From NCBI RefSeq assembly GCF_964204645.1, contig NC_134030.1:4692778-4756777 (forward strand): a stretch of 64,000 nt of DNA. Reading direction: 5' to 3'. Positions 13,681 to 33,986 of the stretch are shown here, one piece after another. The notes beneath the pieces were generated by a model. That model was not told the origin of the DNA. It saw nothing but the letters and a program-made list of their open reading frames with translations, and ran no database searches. A program made the translations under genes and the position numbers. Every line of letters starts with the position of its first letter. Position 1 is the first letter of the stretch. The stretch is from Tubulanus polymorphus. Taxonomy: Eukaryota > Animalia > Nemertea.

Positions 13681-16600
13681 TCACCATAAGGTAATGTTTT
13701 TATTCCATCACCCAAAATATGTCTTTTATCATCGAATGGATTTAAGCTAGTTTTTTCAACTTCATTAATGTACATCTCGTGATCTTCTGATCTGAAACAA
13801 TTAATTTTATGTTTCATTACAATTTAATTATATAAACATTTTATATTCTCTTGAAATTCTATATGTTTAGCAACCAAATGCTTTGTTATTCCTTTTAACT
13901 TTTTAGCTTCATGATCTTTTGTTCTATAACTATACATTTTACTTCTTATCCCAACAAATTCATGATAATTCATGATAAAATAATTCATGATCTTTTGGAT
14001 AATTGCTTAAGTCAAAATGATGTTTTAATGTTTTAAAAGTCTTTTGTTATATCATTTATTTTGATTTTTAGTATGTACGCATCCGTATTGACCGCTATTA
14101 ATGGAAATCCACAGTTAAGTTTCCCATCTTCAGTTGATAAATCATAAACATTATCTGATGGGTTATATATTTCAAATAAATCTTTAACTTCTTCAGTTAT
14201 TTCTTTTTCTGTATGCCTTAGATTAAAACAATTTGGCTTAGATTTAATCAATCCAATATTCATATCAAATTCTAATGAATTGCATAATATATTTTATCCT
14301 GCTAGAACAACTTTTCCTTTTTGAGCAAAAGATACTGATTTGTGGTTTTTACATCTTTTTGAACCATCTGCTGTGTAGAATCCTATAAAATACCATTTAA
14401 CATAATTATACACACCTGCTGAACCATCTCCCATAAAAAATCCTTTAATAAAATATTATTTTTCTTCTAATGTTTCTGGTTCTATATTATAGATATTATT
14501 AATTATTTCATCAAATGACATATGATTCATTCTTGGATAAAATCTTTTATGTAATAATTCATCTCCAATATTTATATCAGTTGGTTTTATTTCATCACCA
14601 TTTTGTTTAATTAAACTATGATCTTCAGTAACATCTACAAACCCTAATTTAGTTCTAACTCTATAAATCTTTTTATTTGTTTTATGTCTAATTATATTCT
14701 TTAATTTTTTCCATCCATTTCTTGTCCAAACATCCCTTAATCCATTTATTTGTATTAATTCTTTTTCACGATATGAAATATAAAGTTCATTTTGATTAGG
14801 CATTATTTCTGAAATTCTTCTTATTAATATTTGATTATCATATTTTAATAATATTAGAGTATCAGCTGTAACAGAATCAAAATATAATATTTCAATATGC
14901 TTTTCCCCAAAAAGTGGTTGTAAAACATTATAATAAAAATCATACATTAATAATTTTGATACTTCTAAAACAGTTGAACCTATGAGTATAGGTTTATTTA
15001 ATTTCATTGACGTTCTTTTTAATTTTACTGCTGTTAAATAATCTTCAAATCTTTTATTTCCTAAGTGGCTATGACTTGATTGTAAATGTCTCAATCGTTC
15101 AGAATTATTTACTAATTCAATTTCATTTCTATTTCTAATATTTTCACATGTTTTTCCATAAAAACTATTATGCATTAATTTTAAAAAACCTTTTTCAAAG
15201 TCTGTTTTAGATATTGTTCTCTGTTGAGTATTGAAATCTATATATTTTTCTAACCACTTCGATTGATTAAATTCAATATATCTATGTACTTTCTTTAATT
15301 TCATTCCTTGTTTTAGATAAAATTATAACATTCTTTAATGAACAATATAATTGTATTGATTATTTTGTGTTGATATTAATTTTTCAGTAAAAACATGATC
15401 TTTCGTTTGTATTTTTTTCTGATATTCACTTAGATAACTATCATCTACGGCTAAATGTTCTGGGCAATAAGGTAAGTTTCTTGTTTTAAACTTTATGTTA
15501 CCTGGATATTCTAAATCAACTACAAAGAAATAACCAATTGGAGCATCATCTTCTAAACTCATAATTGCGCTTTCCCAATTAGTTTTATCATCATTTTCAA
15601 CTTCTGTTAGTATAAAATTTTTATATGGTTGAGGTTGCATCATCGCCCAGCCATAAAAATTAGTTGCGTCAATATATAATAATTTATATTCATCATTTGC
15701 TTTAAAATACCTATCTCCCATAACACCACTAATTCCACCTATAATTAATTTTTCAAATAATAAAACTATGTCTGGTTCTTATAATACATCTAATTCTACA
15801 TTTGTATATTTTAAACCACATTGCCAAGTTGAACCGGGACTAGAGTAGCAATAACAAGGATCAATTTAAAATGATTTATATTAACTTCTCTAACTTTTTC
15901 AAATATGTCAGCCTATATCATAACATCTGATTTCAAGTATAAATCTACTAATTCACCATGATTTTTTACCTTAAAATGATTCCAAGTATTTAATGTTCTA
16001 TTAAAAACTTTCACATACTCATTTTTTAATTGATCATCAAATTGTTCTTTTAATAATTCTGTTACATCAAAATCATCGTGTGTTTTATAAAATGAATAAG
16101 GAATTGCACCTTTATATCTCAATAATTTAAAATCTTGTTAATTTGGATAATAATGTCGAGTAATAACAAAATCATTATCAACTAAACTTTTTCCTAAATT
16201 ATCTAATGAACTTGCTAGAAATCTATAAGAATCTAAGAATGTAATGCAACCAAATTGAAATGAAATACAATTTTCAGATGTTTTAGCTAATAGTTTAAAA
16301 TCATATTTTCTTACATTTTAATCATTTATAGCATTATATTCTTCTATTTCTTGATTAATTGCACCTAATTTTCCTGATAATTGTTTTATAAACAAGTGGG
16401 TATCATACCCTGATAAATTATGAAATAATATTGGTACGAAATCAACATTTTTAGCTTGTAAATTACAATCTTCATGAGCATCTCCACGATATTTTGAATT
16501 TAAATGATCATGACCTGTAACTTTTTTATCAAATGAATAAAAACGTCTTTCACAGTAACAACAATGAGTTGCATAATTAAAATCAATTTCATCTCCTTTT

Positions 16601-18397
16601 GTCATAACTATTCTTCTATTTTTGTTTAATAATTGTGCAAAATCACTTTCTAATTCAATTATTTTATTACAAAAATCATTTACTACATCTTCACCTCCTA
16701 AAGAAATATATTGACTTTCATATAATTCAGGATAATTTGATTTTATATAAATTCCATAAGCAGCAGCTCTTTGATGAACTTTATTAATTGTATTTATGAT
16801 TGGTGGGTCTTGAATAATGTCTTCATTTAATTCATTTCCTTTGTCCATTGATTTTAAAAATTGCTTTTTGTGGTATATTTCTTTTTTGATCAGTTAATAT
16901 TTTATTCAACGATTCAAAATCCCTACAAATTAGAAATGGCACTATATTTTTAAATTTATTATGCGTAAATCTCAATTCATAATCTTTTTCTGTTGGCATT
17001 ATAAATTTGCAAAAATCTTTATTATCACATAATTCTTTATGTTTTAATAATGCATTCTCAGTCAAAAATTTTGATAAACATTTTCTACATAGACAAATTT
17101 TACGATGGTGATCACTTTCTGTTCTAAAAAATAAATCTATTTGTTTTAACCACATAAAATGTTCATTTTCATCTTTCATCTTTATAACAAATCTATGACA
17201 TTTTCATCATCATAATATTCTGTTAAATATAAAGCTTCTAATGTATAATCTTTAATATTTTCACCTTTTGTCTCTGGTTATTGCATTAATTCGACAACAT
17301 TTATTTTTAAATTATTAACTTTTTCTATTTTAGGTATCATCTTTATAGTAACTGGATATTGGTCAATTTTATATAATGTTTCATATTTCCGGTAATCTGT
17401 TATTCTAAAACTATGCGTTATATCTTCTGTTGGGTATAAACAACTAATAATTGACCATAGAAAACATTTATTATCTTCATTTTGAACATTTATTACTGCT
17501 TTTGTTGTAAATGGTAATTTAATATAAGATGATGCTTTAATATCCTTTTCTGTTGTAAAGTTTGAATCATTTTTAAACATTTTATGACTTTTTGATGTTT
17601 TATCTCTTTTTGTATTATAAATATTTAAATCTAGAAATATAATTTCATCCAATGTTAAACCAGAACCCTCAAATATCTTTCCTCAATATGACGTTTGAAT
17701 TCATTAATTATTTTTTCTAATTTCTCTTTTATATGTGTTTCTGAAATTATTTCTTCAGAATATGTTTGAATATTATAATCCATTTTTTCTTCTGACGTTA
17801 TAAAACTTACTTTTCCAGAAATACTAATTTTTGGATAATCAACATCTGTAACAAAGTCAATTATTTTTTCCATTATTTCAATATATTTGCTATAATCTTC
17901 TCTTGTTGTACCTTTAAAAAATCCAAATAATATAGCTGCAGGACCAATTTTACTACGAAATGTTTCTAAAATTTCAATTGTATCTTTTATTTCTAGGGAA
18001 TCGATACAATTTCTAACATATTCCATATAAGGTTTATTTGAAATAGATTTAGTTTTTGAAGCTGGTTTTTTTACTTGTTGAGGTTTATCATCAAAATATT
18101 CTGTTCCTAAAATATTTTTATCTAAATTTTGTTGGTGTTTTTGTGATTCGAGATGTCTTTTATAATTCTTTTTTTTGCTATAAATTCATTACAAACATTA
18201 CATTTAATTTCATCTTCATTTAATCGTTCTTTTTTTCATTGGAATTTTCTGGAGTTTCAAAATCTATAACATTTTTTTTAATGATTTGCAATTTTTTCAT
18301 GTTGAGATTTATGTGATTAATCCATATATTTTTTACAATATGCACAATTATATTGATTTTTATTAACATCATTGTTTTCTGTCTGTCTCCCATTCAT
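13677..18397 (-). pseudogene. polB: Protein-primed family B DNA polymerase (pPolB, Polinton/adintovirus type), broken by several stops and frameshifts, intein-containing
   Basis: Motifs in order across ORF fragments: N-terminal C2H2-like fingers; SSYIKLP..VINVQNEDNKCFLWS; CRKC..H..LC; ExoI DFESL; HDH..KYRGDAHEDCNL; ExoII FHNLSGYD; FLDSYRFLASSLDKL; KGAIPY; ExoIII YLKSDV; GGISG; motif A DATNFYGWAM; motif B KLMHNSFYGK; motif C YFD|TDA; EFVGIRSKMY; KKLKGI; C-terminal FDDKRHILGDGIKTLPYGD*. Confidence 0.93.
14087..14875 (-). mobile_element. Intein (Hint domain) with degenerate LAGLIDADG homing endonuclease, inserted in PolB motif C
   Basis: 263 codons in one frame with two internal TAA (14456-58, 14294-96). 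Block A SVTADTLILL follows YFD; block B VDVTEDHSL; endonuclease motifs YFIKGFFMGDGS and YFIGFYTADGS; block F NVYDLSTEDG; ends LIAVN followed by extein TDAYILKI. Confidence 0.92.
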
Positions 18398-18474
18398 TAG
18401 GAAAAATTACTTATGGTGATGAGTGATTGTCGCTCTCTCGCTCTCTGGTATGAAACCCACATTCACCAATTACT

Positions 18475-20350
18475 AATGTGAATCTGGTGTGCCATCGATC
18501 TATTTTGGAGTGCTGTTTTGGGAAGATACGTACCACAACGAGTGATTATTGAGGACTCATTGGGCACAAGGCCTTGCTTGGAATTGAACATATGACGTAA
18601 CATCATATTTTCAGTAGAACTAAATCTATATACCTTTATCAAAAATGTCGCCCATCACCGTTGTCTGAAGCATATTACATATATATTATATTTGGGTATG
18701 CTGATTTTGCTAGGAATAGCAAGAACGAAATCCTACTCGTTTCACAAATTATACGTATTCGCAAATTATATACGTACAATATCATACGAGGAAAATTCAA
18801 CACAACTGTGAAATTGTTATATGCATACACCATCGAACATTATGGAATGGACTGGAAACATAACTGTCGTCACCACTACGACGACTACTGTTACTACTCC
18901 GCAGTATGTTTGTCCATTTCACGGACTCCAAATACGGAAACATAAGGTTCAAATATACTTCATTCTTCCCGTATGTATAATAGGAATATGCTTCAATATT
19001 TTCAGCTCCTTGGTTTTTAGGAAAATGTCTGATAGCGGGCAGGCAATGCGTCTCCTCATCCTCGTAGCACTGTCGGATATCATTTATCTTTCAAATACAT
19101 TTTTAGACGGTCCGTTCCGTCATTTAGTATTCAGAGCAATCTACGGTGACCTCATGTTTCATCGACCAGATTTTGCGGTTTTTCCGCTGTGGAACTGGAT
19201 ACGAATTGCGTCCTACAAGTCGACAGTGACGATCCGCAATTGGATGGTAGTTCTAACGGCTGTCGTTAGATGTCTCCACGTGTTATTTCCGTTCTGGTCT
19301 CGGCGTTGTATCGATAAGAAACGGATCCATATTTGCACGTCCATTATTATTGTTATTTCGGCAGCTGTGTACGTGCCTCGTTATTTCGGCGGGAGAATAG
19401 GCACTGAAAAATGCCGCGGCGCTCCGCCAAACTTTCCTCGTTTCAAGGTATTCAAACGAAGTAAAACCATTGATTACGTAGGCACTTGGATATATATGTT
19501 ACTAACTATATCCATCCCAGCAGCGATTATCTTGTTCTCAAACGCGATTCTCTTATGGTCAGTATACAGGTCGTTTAAACTACGAAAATCAATGTCTACC
19601 GAAAAAAACAATGGAGGTTCGCCCAGGAAGACTAAAGCGACACAATTGGTTTTAATAGCGACTTCTGTGTATCTGATTTGTGAATTACCACCTCTCATCA
19701 CGAGGATATGTAACTACTTCGTAAAAGTTGATTGGAATCCATTACTGCTACAAACTATATTCGTAGTTATAAATAATCTACCACCGATCGACTCGGCCAT
19801 TAATTGCGTGATTTATTTACTTGCTAGTAGACAATTTCGGACAACGGCGAAAACGATGTGCTTTAAAAGTATTTCCTAACTAACAATATAAACCTTTCGC
19901 TTTGGGGTCATCCTTGAATAACAACAAAGTGTTGCCCTACCTATGTACCGTTCCTTCGTCCTTAATTTACTACACTTCGGTTGTAAAATCGACACTCTGT
20001 GTCGAAAGAATAGCGTTGTAACAAATATTACAACATCTATAGTCTGTTTTATCTTTATTGTTAAGCAGAAAAAGGTATTTTTAGAGTTTCGTTAGATCCG
20101 TTTCATTTGACTCTGTGCAATACGAAAGCGACGAACATGAAAACTTCACTTCGTCGATGTCTACGAGTTCATCGTTCACTTCATTGTCTAGATGAATCCC
20201 GATTACAAGAGGATACACGACAGTTGCGAGCAGACCTCCGATCAGTGGTCCGATTAGCGGAATCCAAAACCAGTTGTAGTTACGAAAACTGTGAAAAGAA
20301 ACGCAAATATCATTTAACAAAGATAATTCAAATATGCGAGATACAAATTA
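18475..20350. repeat. Segmental direct duplication, copy 2
   Basis: Co-linear with 11114-13088. Its right side runs on into the intact aquaglyceroporin gene. Confidence 0.95.
18842..19879 (+). CDS. Intronless class A GPCR, copy 2 (paralogue of 11585-12616)
   Basis: Same 7TM motifs, about 20 amino-acid differences from copy 1 by eye. Start at ATG 18842 (MEWTGNIT) or 18821. Confidence 0.9.
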   Translation: MEWTGNITVVTTTTTTVTTPQYVCPFHGLQIRKHKVQIYFILPVCIIGICFNIFSSLVFRKMSDSGQAMRLLILVALSDIIYLSNTFLDGPFRHLVFRAIYGDLMFHRPDFAVFPLWNWIRIASYKSTVTIRNWMVVLTAVVRCLHVLFPFWSRRCIDKKRIHICTSIIIVISAAVYVPRYFGGRIGTEKCRGAPPNFPRFKVFKRSKTIDYVGTWIYMLLTISIPAAIILFSNAILLWSVYRSFKLRKSMSTEKNNGGSPRKTKATQLVLIATSVYLICELPPLITRICNYFVKVDWNPLLLQTIFVVINNLPPIDSAINCVIYLLASRQFRTTAKTMCFKSIS

Positions 20351-21461
20351 ACACATAAATAAGTGTAATGCCTTGCTTACCTGAATGTTTCTAGGCCCCA
20401 CCCGAAGATGGCTGTGAATATTCTGGGACCTAGATCTCTGGCAGGATTGATCGCGTAACCGCAATTATAACCGAACGAGATTCCCAAAAGAAATACGATG
20501 AATCCTACAATAACCGGCACGAGTCCTGATGATGGATTTACACCGTGTTTATGATCGGTTACAGCCAGTACGCAAATAACCAACAACATCGTACCAACTA
20601 TCTGAAATATGAAAACAAATTATTGCTCTATCAATTTGTACTTCATATTAAGATATGAAAATCAATTGCCCAAAACTACTGAAATAATTTATGAGTTTTA
20701 ATTTGACATTTACTTGATCGCCAAGTCCAGTTGCCCACGTAACGTGATCCAATGGATACGTGCTGAAAATACCGGCAGTTGCTAATGGTCCGGTCACACT
20801 TCTATTTCCACCATCAAAATTATTCAGTCCATCTATGGTAAAACAACGGGATCAGTTTCTCATAAGTTGATAGAAAGAACTTGTTATGTCTTTGAAGAAT
20901 TGTGGATTTTTTTCTTACCCAGATAAACGAAATAAACAAGTATCGAAGACAGAAAAGAGCCGATAGTTTGAGCGATGACGTATGCAGGTAAATAGCGCCA
21001 CCTGAGCTTCCCTAAAACTGCCATCGCGAGTGACACCGCTGGGTTCAAATGTCCACCTAGATAAAACAGACATCGATATAAAAGAAACGACTGTATCATC
21101 CTGAGCGGTGACATTGTGGCTGCGCAGGCCAATATACGTGACATGTTGTTGTAGTTGTACTTTACCAGAAGCTCCCGTTGATACAAACACTCCCATCGCT
21201 GCGCCCAGTCCGTACCCCCAGTTTACAGAAATATATGTCCCCATTTCCTTGTTGCTTAATACGGACTGCGCCACGGATCCATTGCCAAATGCCTGCAAAA
21301 ACGTATCGTTAAATAAATCGACCAAGCGCTGGAGGACATGGATACAGACAGAATCATTTACTTACGCAGAGCAAGCAAGTCCCTAGAATCTCAGCCAGAA
21401 ATGCCCTTCCAATTGGGCTTTTAATCGCGATTCTGTTTTTAAATCGGTCGTACCAAACCAT
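20081..21461 (-). CDS. Aquaglyceroporin (AQP3/7/9/10-like), 6 exons
   Basis: Exons 21461-21366, 21292-21166, 21056-20919, 20832-20714, 20601-20381, 20288-20081 with GT-AG sites and matching phases. Motifs AEILGT, SGGHLNPAVS, TAGIFSTYP, GYAINPARDLGPR (Asp after second NPA = glyceroporin), WFWIPLIGPLIG. Confidence 0.95.
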
Positions 21462-22612
21462 GGTAGCGAATATTTGATATTCAAAGCCACGTGTGTATAT
21501 CCGTTACACCGTTAAACCGTTATATCATTTAAATGAATGTTGATATTTACTTTGGGAAATACTATGTACGGTGTCAAGTGATGTCGAGGCTTATCAACTT
21601 GGTTGAGTGTGGAAACATAGAGTTCACGTGCAATGACATGCCATTGAACTGATAAAGTCCCATAGCACACGAGCGTACGTTAAACCACATAACATCGAGG
21701 CTTCTGATTAGATCAATGTATTTCATTTTTGTTGATACAGGTTCCTTATGGCTGTTAATCTCAGTACATTTCATTCAATATGAACTCTAATTTATGAGTC
21801 CGTGGATCCGATTACCTTGCAAATCACATTCTTGACACGATAATCTAACATGAGAATCTAGGACAAACACGATAACGATTAATAAGATATCTAATAAGTA
21901 ATTGCCGTTTCAGATATTAGACACTTTTACATTGGTAGATTTTTCAGTAACTTGTAATAAATATAAATAGAAAGTACCTGAAGCGTTTTAACGGGTTAAT
22001 GACTGAGCCGCGTTGAACCCTAAAAACGCCCGACCGCTGCACACGAGGAATGTCATTTGGAGAATTCTACATAACTTTGAAAGGATTAAACCTTTTCAAT
22101 CAATAAGCTACAATCCTTTAACGAGTTAATATATACATGAGATATGACGTTGTTTAATTGAATGTGTACACAAATTGAAAGACATTGACAAAACCAGTCG
22201 TATTCCTCGTGATCTCACGATCTAAGACGATACATCTTTGATGACATAAACTCACAAATACAATTCGGATCTTCAACCTTTGAATCGCTACTTTCCGGGG
22301 AAATTGGAATACCGTGTTCGTGTTAACTGGATTAAAAATGGTCATTTTATAGAATTATGAATAGATTTCTTTGGAATGAATGCTAGTGTTTCGTTGAGTC
22401 GAAGCAGTTTGTCGAAAACTCGGAATTATGTGCGTTCAAAATAGCGCTGAAGAGGTAAAACAGTCCAATCAGAACTGATTTCATATATCAATCCCTATAG
22501 TTATTTAAAGATTCATTCCACGAACAAACTGCGTTGGGAAGTAAATTGTGAATAATTGTCTAACACCTCCGAAACAATCCGTGAAAAACAACCGGCTAGG
22601 AAACAGCACAAC

Positions 22613-23602
22613 ATGAGTCACAATAATTGCGGAATTAATTCTTATGACCAGCCATTTTTACTTCTCGGGACAAAAGTTTCGGCGTCAAACGTGACGCGAA
22701 GAATTCCTTGGGATGAGGAATTCCTGGAAACTGAGAAATCTAACGACGCTTTAGCGATAGGAAATTCCGAAACGAATTCTCGAACGACTTCGTGCAATAC
22801 CGTTAGTGACACGTTAGCCAGCGATACTCGCGGCGATTCTTCCTGGAATTCGGCGATACCCGAGACGACAAACACAGCCGGTGAGAACGAAAAGAGATTA
22901 GTTCAGGAGATAAAAGTGCGTCGATCGGACAAACAGCAAGAAAGCGTCGTGGTCGTATCCTGGCGATCTGGAGATTCCGGTAAATCAGATATACCGAACT
23001 CTAGCGAACAAAAAAGACAAACCGATTCAAAAATGGCAGACACCGCAGGAACTGGTAGCAACTCGGATTTTAGATTAGACACTGAGGACTTTTCCAATTT
23101 CAGCGACGATTCGGATACCGAAGATTTCATGCACGCGAAAACTCGACAGTCTGTTAACAAAACTTGGCAGTATCAGCCTTTCTTGGCCAGTGACACACCA
23201 ACTATCTTAGAATCACCTCGTGGCTTCAAAGGAGGTAAAAAGATGGAGCGACGGGACCCGAGACTGCTCGTATCTCTCAGTACTGAACATCTATCCAGAC
23301 AAGTTCCGTCAATGCTGCTCGATAGCCCGAATTCTAGCAGGCGGCATTGCTCGGACGGCCGTCGTTTCAGCGGTGGCGACATCCAAGTCCGCAGCGAGGA
23401 AAATCTCTCGCACGAATTCAGACAATTAGAACTTGACGACTTAAAAGTTCCGTCGCCAGTTAAACATTTTCGTCGAGCTTCCAACGACTACGTTCGTAAC
23501 AGAAAAGCGTCGCTTACCTCGCGGAGAGATATAGAATTACCGCTTTACTCGCGCTACTTACAAAACAAATTAAATCAGAACGGTAAAATGGAAAGATTCT
23601 AA
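22613..23602 (+). CDS. Hypothetical single-exon Ser/Arg/Asp-rich, probably disordered protein
   Basis: ~330-codon open frame, more GC-rich than its flanks, with ATG at 22613 and AATAAA at ~23744. No recognisable domain. Confidence 0.6.
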   Translation: MSHNNCGINSYDQPFLLLGTKVSASNVTRRIPWDEEFLETEKSNDALAIGNSETNSRTTSCNTVSDTLASDTRGDSSWNSAIPETTNTAGENEKRLVQEIKVRRSDKQQESVVVVSWRSGDSGKSDIPNSSEQKRQTDSKMADTAGTGSNSDFRLDTEDFSNFSDDSDTEDFMHAKTRQSVNKTWQYQPFLASDTPTILESPRGFKGGKKMERRDPRLLVSLSTEHLSRQVPSMLLDSPNSSRRHCSDGRRFSGGDIQVRSEENLSHEFRQLELDDLKVPSPVKHFRRASNDYVRNRKASLTSRRDIELPLYSRYLQNKLNQNGKMERF

Positions 23603-23997
23603 TGTTGGAATAATCCATAAAAAACTTAAGTAGGGATGCTATCCAAACATGTCATAGTAATGTTTTTATTATTGTTAATATCCTACTTTGTATTGGGATC
23701 TGTTTGCAACACAACTGTTATATACTGTACGTGACCATATTTGAATAAAACTAAACTATGCTCCTTACTCAACCTTCGCTTCTAGACGATGATGACAGAT
23801 TCAAGTAGTCCAGTTTCCTTTCATTCGTCGCAATTTATTCACCGGAACAAACAAACTTTTCCGATAGTTTACGAAGCAGCGCGCATACCGCTGCGCGTTG
23901 CTACACATCATAACATCACCGCGATATTCAACGAGCAATTAAACCAAGCGACGCTTACTGAAGCTCGGACGATCTTTGTAAAAGCTCATCACTCTTC

Positions 23998-33986
<9,989 letters not shown>

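Larger units (their letters stand above)
13089..18474. mobile_element. Truncated, decayed Polinton/Maverick (adintovirus-like) endogenous viral element fragment
   Basis: Abrupt switch to very AT-rich, intronless, gene-dense DNA. Contains a protein-primed PolB plus convergent unknown ORFs. Limits are set by the ends of the flanking duplication. No integrase, capsid, ATPase or convincing TIR pair seen. Confidence 0.85.

Noticed and set aside
14456-14875. Hint domain read as a hedgehog/hog-family gene, tempting because ihog is in the same window
   Set aside because: It starts with Ser inside a polymerase motif, contains LAGLIDADG motifs and ends Asn|Thr with polymerase resuming. There is no Hedge or sterol-recognition region. 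Proximity to ihog looks coincidental.
13089-18474. Complete, active Polinton with TIRs and 6-bp TSD
   Set aside because: The ends share only AGT..GGTGA, the flanking hexamers (caaatt / aatgtg) differ, no integrase, capsid or ATPase genes are present, and PolB has many stops and frameshifts.
13089-18474. Mitochondrial linear-plasmid polymerase or alternative genetic code explaining the stops
   Set aside because: The stops I checked are TAA, true frameshifts occur as well, and Trp is encoded by TGG. The HNH insert and DDKR..TLPYG tail fit Polinton-type pPolB.
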